Notes under the pieces: generated by a model
What the model was told of the DNA's origin: nothing
Databases searched by the model: none
What the model saw: only the letters and a program-made list of their open reading frames with translations
Translations under genes and position numbers: made by a program
Shown: positions 16,237-26,011 of the stretch, one piece after another
How the letters are laid out: each line of letters begins with the position of its first letter
Numbering within the stretch: position 1 is the first letter of the stretch
Virus record (IMG/VR): IMGVR_UViG_3300012665_000831
Span: 1 to 55,026 of that record
Length of the DNA stretch: 55,026 nt
Strand: one strand, 5' to 3'
DNA from: a virus
Taxonomy: Duplodnaviria > Caudoviricetes

Positions 16237-17532
16237 TTATTGGTGACCAATTGCCCCAAAAGGTTTCCACTCACCGGGTGTACCAGCAATAACACATATC
16301 CAACCCACGTAACTGCCCTCTTGGGGTTCAGTATTCCAACATACATCACCTTTCTTATAGTTACCGTGTGAAGGAATTGAGTTGGCTGTTATAAATGTCT
16401 TATTGGCAAATCTAATGTTGCCTTTGACTTCTAAGTCAACAGCTCCGTCTGGACTGTTCACCCCAATGGCCAATTGACCAAATAGTTTTAAAGGACGCAG
16501 TTGATTTTGGCTATTACCGATGACTATCTCATTCTGTCCAATTTTAAAATCTTCAATCCCGTCAACTTCGATTTTAAAATCTCTACTAGTAGTAATACCT
16601 AGTGTATTGATAGATAAATTATCACTACCTGTAGTAGCTCTAAATAAAGTACCTGTTATGTTTTCGCCTTCTAACGAATCATAGAACTTTGCAGGCCCGC
16701 CAACATTTAATTTTTCTAATGTTCCAACAGTAGTAAGAGATGATTGAGTAATAAAATTACCAAGCTGATTTTCACTTAGTACTAGATTGCCGTTTATGTA
16801 TAATGATTTTTTATTTTCTAAGTCGATAGATTCGCTAAAGTAAAATCTATCTGGATTATCTCTAAGATAAAATTGTCTTGTTCCGTTAGTTGATACCCAT
16901 GAAAGGCCTATACCGTATACTGAACTATCCCCGTCGGTTCTAAACACAAGGGACGATACTCTACCAGCGGTATCCTCTGCTATAATAGATTTAGCATAAA
17001 TGGTTCCGTTGACACGCAGTATACCGTTGTTAAATTTTTCGTGTCCAATTACAACAGCACCATCTGTTTTAATACTGAGTCTTGGAGTGTTGTCTGTAAC
17101 GATATCTAAATCGTGATTAGTATATGTACCAATTGTAGCACGGCCTTGGGCGGGTGCGCCGAGAATGATTTCAACACCGTTATCTGCAATACTAAGGGTA
17201 GCATTAGGTAAATCTGTACCAAGGCCTAAACGATTGAGTGCGCTGTTAAAACTAGCAAATTCTCCAATGTCAGCATTGCCAGTTACAACAAGACTCTTTA
17301 AAGTACCCACTTGGCGCAGGTTACTTTTAATAATACTAGGGCCAAGCTCTCTGGCACTTAGTACATCGGTATTGTTTATTTTATACGATTTATTTTGATC
17401 TAAGTCAAAGCTCGCATCTGTCCACAATCTTTGCCCAGATTTGTAAACTAATTTTGTTATAGTGTTTCCGTCAGACCAGTCGATGCCTTGATTTTCTAGA
17501 CCGGATTCTGATGTTGCGTTATAATTTGCCAT
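16237..17532 (-). CDS. Fibre-like virion protein
   Basis: Internal repeat SNLRQVGTLKSLVV / SSLTTVGTLEKLNV; GLGTDLP and AIGVNSP motifs; C-terminal GDVCWNTEP...GWICVIAGTPGEWKPFG. Confidence 0.7.
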   Translation of the reverse strand: MANYNATSESGLENQGIDWSDGNTITKLVYKSGQRLWTDASFDLDQNKSYKINNTDVLSARELGPSIIKSNLRQVGTLKSLVVTGNADIGEFASFNSALNRLGLGTDLPNATLSIADNGVEIILGAPAQGRATIGTYTNHDLDIVTDNTPRLSIKTDGAVVIGHEKFNNGILRVNGTIYAKSIIAEDTAGRVSSLVFRTDGDSSVYGIGLSWVSTNGTRQFYLRDNPDRFYFSESIDLENKKSLYINGNLVLSENQLGNFITQSSLTTVGTLEKLNVGGPAKFYDSLEGENITGTLFRATTGSDNLSINTLGITTSRDFKIEVDGIEDFKIGQNEIVIGNSQNQLRPLKLFGQLAIGVNSPDGAVDLEVKGNIRFANKTFITANSIPSHGNYKKGDVCWNTEPQEGSYVGWICVIAGTPGEWKPFGAIGHQ

Positions 17533-17567
17533 GGATAAAATACTCTCTTATGGAGTATTTATCCATG
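17530..17567 (-). promoter_or_regulatory. Inverted repeat pairing the late promoter arm with the start codon
   Basis: Minus strand CATGGATAAATACTC-CATAAGA-GAGTATTTTATCCATG: 15-bp stem with one bulge; the final ATG is the gene start. Confidence 0.75.
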
Positions 17568-17579
17568 TTTTGCTATAGC

Positions 17580-18776
17580 TTACTGTACTTTTAGAAGAAT
17601 AGTTTCTTCGTTCAAACGCCCGTTCATTTTAGTATCCGTAGCGTTGATGTCATCTAAGAACTTGCGTAACTGCACTTTGCCAGCAGCCTTGAACTCTTTG
17701 AGCTTTTCTTCAGGCTTGCGCAGTGTCTTGCAGATACTTTTGAACTCGTCAAAGCCTGTTAGGCTAGTACCTTTAACACCTAGGGTATTAAACTCTGCGG
17801 CAACATAACGGCCTAACTTGCGGTTTTTAGTGTTGTAAACCCAAAGCTCGCCAGCACCAATGATGTCTGTAGGATTTACACTTACAAGTTTCAACGGTTC
17901 GTTACTCTTCATAAACTTGAGTTTAGCAACTAACTTCTCTTTTGGCACTGCCTTAGTCTTGCGTGGCTTACGATTGACTTTAGCTTCCTGAGCTAGCATA
18001 TCACAAGCACTCATAATTTCTTGATAAAATGTAATCAGACTGCGAATTTGCTTCTTGCTACGATGTGAGTAACCTTCACGCAACTGTTCATCTTTGCTAC
18101 CGCTAGCAAGTTCTTCCAACTCTGCCAAGTCACCTGCATAGAAGTCTTTAATAATACGAGCATGAGCCGCTTTAACTTCTTTGCCTTTGAGCAAGTTTAG
18201 CATTTTAAATGCTTTGGGATCAAATGCTTCTGGATCTGTTTGGAAACTATCAATTGCTTCTTCAATTTCTTCAGTCATACGCATAGCCGCTTCACGAACA
18301 CGTTCTTGAATAGTAGGCTGTGCAACTGTAGGTTTTACTTCAACTACAACTTCTTCGTCAGTGTCATCTTTACCTTGAGCAATAACTTCGACAATTTCGT
18401 TACGCAACCAAGCGGCAGTATCACGCCCTTTGTTAAAGTCTTCTCTAACTGCTGGCATACCGCGGAGTAAGCATGATGCAATAGCACCCATTGTAACATT
18501 ACAACGATTGTCTTTGGTTTTCTTAAATGCGGCGATGTCTTCCTTGGTGCATTCAATACTAGCCATCCATTTAAGAACAGCCGGCTTCAAGTCTTTGCCG
18601 TTGAATTCCAAACGGTAATAGCTCATAGCACCGTGCCAATGGCGCAAAAATTGATCAGCAGTCATAGCTTCTGCCCCGTCCCAAACTGGACTGTAGTCTT
18701 TAACCGCTTTTGTACGATGGGCAATTACTTGCTTTTTAGTTACACGGGTCTTTTTCTCTGGTGCTTTAGTAGCCAA
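17580..18776 (-). CDS. Hypothetical phage protein (398 aa, basic)
   Basis: Long ORF, TTG start after AGGAG, consensus promoter upstream; C-terminus KTLRKPEE...NGRLNEETILLKV. Confidence 0.8.
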   Translation of the reverse strand: MATKAPEKKTRVTKKQVIAHRTKAVKDYSPVWDGAEAMTADQFLRHWHGAMSYYRLEFNGKDLKPAVLKWMASIECTKEDIAAFKKTKDNRCNVTMGAIASCLLRGMPAVREDFNKGRDTAAWLRNEIVEVIAQGKDDTDEEVVVEVKPTVAQPTIQERVREAAMRMTEEIEEAIDSFQTDPEAFDPKAFKMLNLLKGKEVKAAHARIIKDFYAGDLAELEELASGSKDEQLREGYSHRSKKQIRSLITFYQEIMSACDMLAQEAKVNRKPRKTKAVPKEKLVAKLKFMKSNEPLKLVSVNPTDIIGAGELWVYNTKNRKLGRYVAAEFNTLGVKGTSLTGFDEFKSICKTLRKPEEKLKEFKAAGKVQLRKFLDDINATDTKMNGRLNEETILLKVQ

Positions 18777-18808
18777 TTTCTGCTCCTGTTATGTTAAACA
18801 ATATGTAT

Positions 18809-18837
18809 ATTATACTAGACTTTTCGGTACTTGTCAA
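18809..18837 (-). promoter_or_regulatory. Consensus sigma70 (early) promoter
   Basis: TTGACA-N17-TATAAT. Confidence 0.85.
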
Positions 18838-19708
18838 CCTGTATCAAACGGTTTAGTTCCAAAAAATTGAACAAATGTTTAGCCATAACAGCGTATCCAT
18901 TTTGGCTTGGATGGGCGCAAGGTGTTACATAGTCCGTTGGACCCTTTAGATTTTTACAGTAGTCATAGAACCCACCTGGTGCAAGTTCGGGCTTACCTTC
19001 TAAGGTCAATAACACTTCCATAAATGCTCTCATGCCTGCAGGGTATACAAAACTATCCCAAGGCATAGTATCGATCAAATCTTGATAGTCGTTGCCAAGA
19101 TGCTTTAAAAAGTATTCTTTAGTTATTCGAATATCAAATGCACTGCCAACAACAAACTTCCATCCGTTGGCCTTACAGATCATTTCAGCTTCGCGAATGT
19201 TTAATAATGTTTCTACACAGATCATCTTCTCACTCCAAAGGCTTTCTGCATAGGCTTCCCATAACTTTTTGTTTGTTGCAGTTTCAGACCAAGGATTGGG
19301 CCACATTGTATAGAAATGATTATGTTCTGGAAAGTGTTGGTTGACAAAATCAAATCTTTCCATGCCAGACAGCATTAGTACAACAATTACTTCACTGGCT
19401 CGTTCTAATCTAATCTTTGGATGTAGATATAAATTTTTAACAGCGGCTCTATTACCAGTACCTAAACATCCTAAGTTCACAGGTATATAATCTGTTAAAT
19501 GGTTATCACATAATTGTTTGACCCAACTGTATTCATACATGTCATCAAAAATTTCTAAAGGGATTTTAAGGGTATCAATATTACCGTTGTAACGATCCCA
19601 TACTTCCTTTGGCCAGCTACCAACACCTTGTGTAAAACTATCCCCTAAGCCGACTACAACTTTAGCGCCATGCGGGATGTTTGGTATCATTCTATTATAC
19701 ATTTTCAA
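18815..19708 (-). CDS. SGNH/GDSL-like hydrolase-fold protein
   Basis: VGLGDSFTQG, NLGCLGTGN, HPSQNGY. Confidence 0.7.
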   Translation of the reverse strand: MKMYNRMIPNIPHGAKVVVGLGDSFTQGVGSWPKEVWDRYNGNIDTLKIPLEIFDDMYEYSWVKQLCDNHLTDYIPVNLGCLGTGNRAAVKNLYLHPKIRLERASEVIVVLMLSGMERFDFVNQHFPEHNHFYTMWPNPWSETATNKKLWEAYAESLWSEKMICVETLLNIREAEMICKANGWKFVVGSAFDIRITKEYFLKHLGNDYQDLIDTMPWDSFVYPAGMRAFMEVLLTLEGKPELAPGGFYDYCKNLKGPTDYVTPCAHPSQNGYAVMAKHLFNFLELNRLIQVDKYRKV

Positions 19709-20972
19709 CCTTTAAATTAAAAAAATTGTTATAGTAATTAAAGACATCTGTATGTGCAATAGGAGCAATGTCTTTTGTACTGTGCAACAACTTATAGTTA
19801 TGTTCTAAGATATCTTTCATCGATGCTAACCATTTAAACTTATCTGGAATTGAATTGATGCGTTTAATCTCTTCAATGATCGCATCCATTCTTTCAAATG
19901 TAGGCAAGTCATCGTAATCTTCATTTATAAAAGGACTAAATGTTTTGTAGCCCATTGACCGCAATTCTTTTAAACTTCCCCGATTACCAAATATTATAAA
20001 CGGATGCATACAGGCAATTGGTTTAAAAGTCTTTTCACTAATAAACAACGTTCCACTGCTATCCGCAAAGCTAGCTTCTGGAATTACTGTAAGCCAAGAA
20101 TCTAAAAATACTTGATCTGTAATGCGTGTAATATAAAATAAATCGTCTTTTTCATTGTTAGGAGTATCGTAGATCATTAGCGGTAATAATTTTCTAGCTT
20201 CTAACATCAGCTTTTGATCAGGCCATTGATTGTCGATACGGGGTATGTGCGGGCCGTAATCGTTCATACTAACTAGCCCACTGTTTAACAAATTCTCTTT
20301 ATATAACTTTAAGTAAAACCAGCTCCTGTGTGCTCTTGGCCGTTTGTTTAGACAGTTATAGGTTTTAATTGTAGTTATATTTTCTTGTTTATATTTTACA
20401 ATTGATTCGTAAGTTGGTTGGATATTACTGCGATGTGCAATTAAACCAATGTCTCTTTCAAAATGTGTATACGGCACTACTTTAATTCGGTCGCCTGATA
20501 TTCTAGTATTTGCCCAAACATTGTATTGTTCAAGACTTAAAACATTTCCTGTAACATAGATTATAGACGATGGATTTATCCCAACCCTTTCGCATTCTTC
20601 ATGAAAGAATTGCCATAGCCACGGAGTTTGGTATCCTTCCAAACATTGATCAAATAGCAATAATGCTCTTCTATGTTTAACTCGTTCTAATATTTTAGGA
20701 GATATGCAGTCAAACATACTATCTCTAATGTTGTCTTTATAGTAGTCAGCACCTGCCCAGAAATTTGGATCGCGCACTACTCCTAAGGGAATAATACAGT
20801 GATCAATTGTTTCGTCATCTATGCTTATAAAATTTTCTAATGTAGAATATACCCGATGATTCTTCATAGTACCTGCAATGGCACTAGGGGCGAACCTACG
20901 TTCATCCATAGGATCTACATAGTCAACGAAATTTTGTCGACGGTCTACGTCTTCAAATACAAAATTTATCAC
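19695..20972 (-). CDS. Putative glycosyltransferase-like protein
   Basis: CLNKRPRAHR, FISEKTFKPIACMHPFIIFG, LRSMGYKTF recall the GT10-like SEK motif; GTG start overlaps upstream TGA. Confidence 0.55.
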   Translation of the reverse strand: MINFVFEDVDRRQNFVDYVDPMDERRFAPSAIAGTMKNHRVYSTLENFISIDDETIDHCIIPLGVVRDPNFWAGADYYKDNIRDSMFDCISPKILERVKHRRALLLFDQCLEGYQTPWLWQFFHEECERVGINPSSIIYVTGNVLSLEQYNVWANTRISGDRIKVVPYTHFERDIGLIAHRSNIQPTYESIVKYKQENITTIKTYNCLNKRPRAHRSWFYLKLYKENLLNSGLVSMNDYGPHIPRIDNQWPDQKLMLEARKLLPLMIYDTPNNEKDDLFYITRITDQVFLDSWLTVIPEASFADSSGTLFISEKTFKPIACMHPFIIFGNRGSLKELRSMGYKTFSPFINEDYDDLPTFERMDAIIEEIKRINSIPDKFKWLASMKDILEHNYKLLHSTKDIAPIAHTDVFNYYNNFFNLKVENV

Positions 20973-21970
20973 ATCAAACGATCCTTCCAAGTTGAAGGTG
21001 TAAGATCGTTAACAATTTCTAAAGGAAAACTATAGTCAAACTCTTTAGAGCCTTGTTGTTTAATCCAAGATACTGTTTCTTTAACTGACTGTTCCACACT
21101 AACAGTAGTCTTGTACCCAAGTAATGTACGAGCCTTATCTGCCGAGCAAGTTGCGTGTTTAACTTCACGGGGACGATCTGCAATGTAGATAGGGTCTTCT
21201 TGAAAACCGCACTCGCCAGCAACCAAGGCAGCAAGTTCATTTATAGTAATAGTGCCTTCGTCCGGTCCTATGTTCACTGTTTCTTTTGTAATTGCTGGAT
21301 TCAATGCTAGTTGCTCTAAGCATTTTATGCAATCTGCTACATGACTAAAGCATCTTGTTTGCTCACCGTTGCCGTAAATGTATGCAGACTTACCTTGTAA
21401 ATTACGATTGGCCATGATGCTCATTACATTACGGAACGGATCGTCATAACGTTGACGTGGTCCTACAATGTTATGGGGAACGGCTATATTCCACTCCATG
21501 CTGTGTGTTTCACTTAATGCTTTAAGAGTTTGTTCAACTGCTACTTTAGCAATGCCGTATGGGTCTACTGGATTTGGTACCTGGCCTTCATGAAAGGGTA
21601 CAGCTTGATCGCCATAGCGAGCCATACTACTACAAAATACAAATCGTTTTACTTTAGCACGTATTGCCGCAGTGATTGTAGATATGCTTGCTTGATATAT
21701 ATTTTTAGTAATGAAATTGGGACTAAACACACTTAGACCTTCATGAGCAGTTGCGGCACAATGTACAACAACATCACAATCTTTCATAGCATCAGTCATA
21801 GCAGTAAGACTGCAACAATCGATTCCGTAAAATTCAACTCTTGGGTCTATGTTCTCTTTGTATCCGCCAAGGAAGTTATCATTGCCAGCTACACTATGCC
21901 CAAGTTCTAACATTCGATCTGCAAGATGACTTCCTAAGAAACCAGCTACTCCTGTAATAAAAATCTTCAT
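20969..21970 (-). CDS. NAD-dependent nucleotide-sugar epimerase/dehydratase (extended SDR)
   Basis: ITGVAGFLGS, YGIAK, NIVGPRQ, GNGEQTRCF. Confidence 0.93.
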   Translation of the reverse strand: MKIFITGVAGFLGSHLADRMLELGHSVAGNDNFLGGYKENIDPRVEFYGIDCCSLTAMTDAMKDCDVVVHCAATAHEGLSVFSPNFITKNIYQASISTITAAIRAKVKRFVFCSSMARYGDQAVPFHEGQVPNPVDPYGIAKVAVEQTLKALSETHSMEWNIAVPHNIVGPRQRYDDPFRNVMSIMANRNLQGKSAYIYGNGEQTRCFSHVADCIKCLEQLALNPAITKETVNIGPDEGTITINELAALVAGECGFQEDPIYIADRPREVKHATCSADKARTLLGYKTTVSVEQSVKETVSWIKQQGSKEFDYSFPLEIVNDLTPSTWKDRLM

Positions 21971-23340
21971 ACGCTTTTACAATCCAAATAAAACTTCTTA
22001 TATTCTGGGAACGTTTCTAAAAAATTAGTCCCACGTCTACGATCAAACTCTGTAAACCAACGTTGAAAGTCTGTCCTGCCTTCTTTTAATTTATCATCTG
22101 AGTAAACAGTACTTTCCATATAGTCCACTACTCTACGAAATTTTTCGTATTCTAACTCGGTGAACTTATCTGACGCAGAGTTATCTACGTTCTCTTTTAT
22201 ATAGTCCAATGCTTGGTACATGTAGGGCATGAACTCTTCCTTAGGCAGAATATTCATGTCATATTGTAACGGTTCTTTTAGATAAGGTGTATCAAAACGG
22301 ATACGATGTTCTTTTAAATGATCGTACCATCCGTATTGTCTGCGCCATTCTAACATCTTTTCTAGCAGACTTTTAAAACTAGTTACAGCTAGAATGTTAA
22401 ATGTAATCATAAAGGTAATTGGATTCTTTGTAGTTGTTAGATAGGTATGGAAGTTATTTTCCCAATTGGTTAAATCTAAACCTGTACGAATATATTCTGC
22501 TCGCGGTCCCCATGTATCTAAACTAGTAAACAACTTAAAGCGTCGAATCTTACCTTCCACACGTAGTTTTTCAACTTGCTTAGATAAGCGTTCAACTAAT
22601 ATGTGTTTAACGCCTAAGTTACTATTGATGTTTAATTCAAGTTGCGGTAGCGGATTTAGATCAAGGTCTTCTAGAAGACGCCAGGTTGATTGTTGTAGTA
22701 AAGGTTCACCACCTGTGATACGTAGAATATTTAGAGTCTTACGCATAGTAGGCCACCACTTCCACCACGCTTCAACATATGGATTCTCTTCTTCAATCTT
22801 ATGAATCTTAAACCAATCAATATCGCTTCGATGATTCTTGACCATGTCGTACGGGCCAAACTTTTCAATTTCTTTATAAAAACTGCTTGATGCTTTTGGA
22901 TGGCAGTATCCACATTTGAAATTACACTCATTACCAAACGATACTTCGATGTATTCTGGATTGATATTAAAATCAATGTCGTTGTTCTCTATCTCAGACA
23001 TCCTTGCTTCTGTATAGATACTAGCATTACGTTCGTGTCGATCGCTTATATAGTCATCGCCCATTGCTTCAATGTTCCAACAGTATTGACACCCGCTAGG
23101 TTGTTCTCCGTTGAGCATGGCAATACGTTGATTTTTCTTTTCGTGTGTATTGTGTAATGCACTAGGATTATCTTTAATTTCTTCTAAAGGAATCTTGTGA
23201 GGTGCAGGGTGATAACAACTATGTGTTTCGCCTGTTTGCAAATAGATAGTAGTATGATGCCATTTGGCCAAACAGAATGTAGGGCTAATTTTATCAGTTA
23301 TATCTTTAATGCGTATGATACGCTCTTTGTTCATTGTCAT
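21967..23340 (-). CDS. Radical SAM protein with N-terminal Twitch/SPASM-like Cys domain
   Basis: CLAKW...HSCYH...GCQYCW; CNFKCGYC; ITGGEPL. Confidence 0.88.
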   Translation of the reverse strand: MTMNKERIIRIKDITDKISPTFCLAKWHHTTIYLQTGETHSCYHPAPHKIPLEEIKDNPSALHNTHEKKNQRIAMLNGEQPSGCQYCWNIEAMGDDYISDRHERNASIYTEARMSEIENNDIDFNINPEYIEVSFGNECNFKCGYCHPKASSSFYKEIEKFGPYDMVKNHRSDIDWFKIHKIEEENPYVEAWWKWWPTMRKTLNILRITGGEPLLQQSTWRLLEDLDLNPLPQLELNINSNLGVKHILVERLSKQVEKLRVEGKIRRFKLFTSLDTWGPRAEYIRTGLDLTNWENNFHTYLTTTKNPITFMITFNILAVTSFKSLLEKMLEWRRQYGWYDHLKEHRIRFDTPYLKEPLQYDMNILPKEEFMPYMYQALDYIKENVDNSASDKFTELEYEKFRRVVDYMESTVYSDDKLKEGRTDFQRWFTEFDRRRGTNFLETFPEYKKFYLDCKSV

Positions 23341-24167
23341 TTTATTGTAATTCCAATTAGATTACCTAAGTCTGTTGTATTAATATTTCCACTAACTACC
23401 TTACCTAATGGCACATATTGCCAAGCAGTATTCAGTTTACGACCACCTTCTAACCAATCAACAAAGTCAGTAGTCTTCATGTGTTGATTCCTTGCCCCGT
23501 TTACGTCGATATAAAACGAACCGTATAAACTATTCCACTGTGGCATAATGTCAGCATGTTTGCAGTCATCATGATCGATGTAAGCCTGAAAAGCATCTTT
23601 ACCGCATATCACATGTTGAATGAATACATCACATTCTAAGTGGTAATCTAAGTATTTCCAATCTCCGATCTTATGCATATATTCTCTAACGTGTTCGCAC
23701 GTTAGTTCTATCACGGTAGTTTCTTTAAACTGTGCTTTTCTTTGATTTGGGTAGAACATCTGCAAGTCATGTACTGCAAGATTTATTGGATTTAACAGTT
23801 CGTACCATTTATCTACGTTTGAAATTCTAAATGACCTCTCGTGATAGTACCAGGATCTATGAGAGGTTGCGGTTGTAAAGAATCTGTGTATGGTATTTAG
23901 ATCATCGTTTGTAAATTTTGTATCAGCAGTTACAACAAAAGGAAAGTTTAGTTCTGTAAATGTTTCGTTAAACTGTTGGATAGTATTGATTAGTTGTTTT
24001 CTAAAAACTTCTTTTTTGAACGTATCGTAATTGGTTGCCGTTGGGTAATGCCAGCTAGATTTCCAAGGAGCAGTGAAGTCAGTACAGGCTAGCCAATCTT
24101 GGACAACTGGATTGTCAACTAGTTCAATTATTATAGTTGAGTTGGTAAATTCACAGATCGCTTGCAT
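23337..24167 (-). CDS. Hypothetical protein
   Basis: 276-aa ORF, ATGA-coupled to the radical SAM gene. Confidence 0.75.
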   Translation of the reverse strand: MQAICEFTNSTIIIELVDNPVVQDWLACTDFTAPWKSSWHYPTATNYDTFKKEVFRKQLINTIQQFNETFTELNFPFVVTADTKFTNDDLNTIHRFFTTATSHRSWYYHERSFRISNVDKWYELLNPINLAVHDLQMFYPNQRKAQFKETTVIELTCEHVREYMHKIGDWKYLDYHLECDVFIQHVICGKDAFQAYIDHDDCKHADIMPQWNSLYGSFYIDVNGARNQHMKTTDFVDWLEGGRKLNTAWQYVPLGKVVSGNINTTDLGNLIGITIK

Positions 24168-24180
24168 TTAAATAATTATG

Positions 24181-24209
24181 TCAAAACAAAAGGCTCTAAG
24201 AGCCTTTTG
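24181..24209 (-). terminator. Rho-independent terminator (possibly bidirectional)
   Basis: CAAAAGGCTC-TTA-GAGCCTTTTG followed by TTTT. Confidence 0.75.
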
Positions 24210-24235
24210 ATTAGTTGATACCGATTTAAAATATC

Positions 24236-25078
24236 TTATGTCCACAAGCTGTCACGAGCTTTGATCAGTCGGATCATCATTTCAGTATCTTCTTTGTTAT
24301 AAGCCGCTTCAATCTTAGTAGTAAGTTTAAGAGCCTTGTCAGCCATCTTACGAAGTTCGGGCGTCTTGTCACTGCTCATCCAACTTAGTTTACCACCGTT
24401 AGCCAAACGTGCCGCTTCGCAGTAAGCACTCCAGCCACTTGCATCGTGTGCATCTGGACGATTTGGATAGACAGTAGTCCACCATACATACAATTCTTTT
24501 ATCTCACGAGCTCGAATAGCTTGCCCGGTTGGCTTGCCGTAGTCTGGGTGATCTGGACCGCACCAGTCACTGTTGGTCAAAGTCATTGCCCAGTCAAGAT
24601 GATCGATGCCTGCTTGAGGGCAACGCCAAGTGCGCCAACGGAACCAACCACTAGCCCAAAAGGGAGGATCATACTTAGCACGAGCTTCTTTATCTCCCCA
24701 GGCGATGTGCGACCATGCGGATTCAATTTCGACGAAATCAACCAACTCATTAAATAGGCATGGCAGGAACCGATTGCCAACATCGCACCAAGCACCAGGC
24801 TTGATATCACGAGTATGAGCGGTAAGAGAATGAGTACGGCTAACCCAACGGTTATTGATGTAATACTTAACATCGTAGATCTTTCTAATAGGCCAAGTTA
24901 CAAAATCCTGGAGATAGCTTAGGCCTTCTTCAGCTATCCAGTAACGGAAATTATGCTTCATTTGAGCCGCAGTAGTCCAGTCGTCCCATTGTTCAGCTGT
25001 GCCTACACTCAGCTTCTTAGTCCCGCGAATCCAGTCTGCAAACGGTGTGCATGACCAATATCGTGTGTGCTGTGCCAT
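24236..25078 (-). CDS. Trp-rich hypothetical phage protein
   Basis: 280-aa ORF with AAGGA RBS. Confidence 0.8.
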   Translation of the reverse strand: MAQHTRYWSCTPFADWIRGTKKLSVGTAEQWDDWTTAAQMKHNFRYWIAEEGLSYLQDFVTWPIRKIYDVKYYINNRWVSRTHSLTAHTRDIKPGAWCDVGNRFLPCLFNELVDFVEIESAWSHIAWGDKEARAKYDPPFWASGWFRWRTWRCPQAGIDHLDWAMTLTNSDWCGPDHPDYGKPTGQAIRAREIKELYVWWTTVYPNRPDAHDASGWSAYCEAARLANGGKLSWMSSDKTPELRKMADKALKLTTKIEAAYNKEDTEMMIRLIKARDSLWT

Positions 25079-25079
25079 A

Positions 25080-25214
25080 TTAATCCTTAATTAAATCAAT
25101 TGAGTCGATACTTTGAAAAGGTGCCTCATATACCGAAAATATAACAGCATCGTGTAACGACTGAAATATTTTTGATTTCAATTTGTTGTATGACCAAAAC
25201 TTTACTTTATACAT
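25080..25214 (-). CDS. Hypothetical protein (44 aa; absent from ORF track)
   Basis: MYKVKFWSYNKLKSKIFQSLHDAVIFSVYEAPFQSIDSIDLIKD exactly fills the gap. Confidence 0.6.
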   Translation of the reverse strand: MYKVKFWSYNKLKSKIFQSLHDAVIFSVYEAPFQSIDSIDLIKD

Positions 25215-25215
25215 C

Positions 25216-25581
25216 TCATACAAACGGCTTTAAATCCGGTGGGGTCCAACCTACGGGTTTTAATACTTTGCCGTCCTCACGTTTACGAACTTTACCGGTT
25301 TCTTTATCAATCTTGGCAAAGTTGGTCATCATAACTTCTTTCCATGCACCTTCGGCATCACTGCCCATGCTATGGATAGTACCAATAGTAACAACTAGAA
25401 TATCAATAAGAGCATCTAGTGTTTCGAGCTGATCATTGTCTTCAACAGCAACTTGCAACTCTTTAAATTCTTCTTCAATTAGCCCCAAGTACATTTTAAA
25501 CTGTGCCTGGTCAAATTCTCCGCCTGTAGTTTGATCACAGGCCTTCATAAACTTCTCTTGATCTCTAAACGGATTGGTCAT
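25216..25581 (-). CDS. MazG-like/PRA-PH nucleotide pyrophosphohydrolase
   Basis: LIEEEFKEL, DALIDILVV, NFAK...KREDGKVLKP. Confidence 0.85.
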   Translation of the reverse strand: MTNPFRDQEKFMKACDQTTGGEFDQAQFKMYLGLIEEEFKELQVAVEDNDQLETLDALIDILVVTIGTIHSMGSDAEGAWKEVMMTNFAKIDKETGKVRKREDGKVLKPVGWTPPDLKPFV

Positions 25582-25822
25582 TATATTTCCTTGTCATTTT
25601 TCCATTTGGTTGTAAATAATTTTTAGAACATGAGATAGGTTTCCCGTCATCATCTAAAAAAATAGTACCCCATTTATACTTTCCATCATCAAATTCTACA
25701 AATACTCTATCATACGAACAAAACAGTTTTGCATGTCCGTCCTGCTCAGAACTAGGCAATAATAATAGTATTACCATCACTGATCCTGCAATGCTACCTA
25801 AAATGATCCAAGCTGTTCTCAT
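25565..25822 (-). CDS. Hypothetical membrane-anchored protein
   Basis: N-terminal hydrophobic segment; overlaps the next gene. Confidence 0.65.
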   Translation of the reverse strand: MRTAWIILGSIAGSVMVILLLLPSSEQDGHAKLFCSYDRVFVEFDDGKYKWGTIFLDDDGKPISCSKNYLQPNGKMTRKYNDQSV

Positions 25823-25828
25823 TGCCGG

Positions 25829-26011
25829 TTAATCCGGAAGTGCTGAAAATCGTTGTAGGAAACTTTCTCGATAGCAACTGTATTCTTTTGGAGGATTGCC
25901 TAAGGCATCCCTATAGTGTACCCAGACAACACCTTCAATAACAATTTCATCTATTACTACAAATTTTTTATCTCCGTTAGCCCACCAGTGGCTACCTTTT
26001 TTAACTATCAT
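25829..26011 (-). CDS. Hypothetical protein
   Basis: 60 aa; ATGA overlap with the ligase stop. Confidence 0.65.
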   Translation of the reverse strand: MIVKKGSHWWANGDKKFVVIDEIVIEGVVWVHYRDALGNPPKEYSCYRESFLQRFSALPD

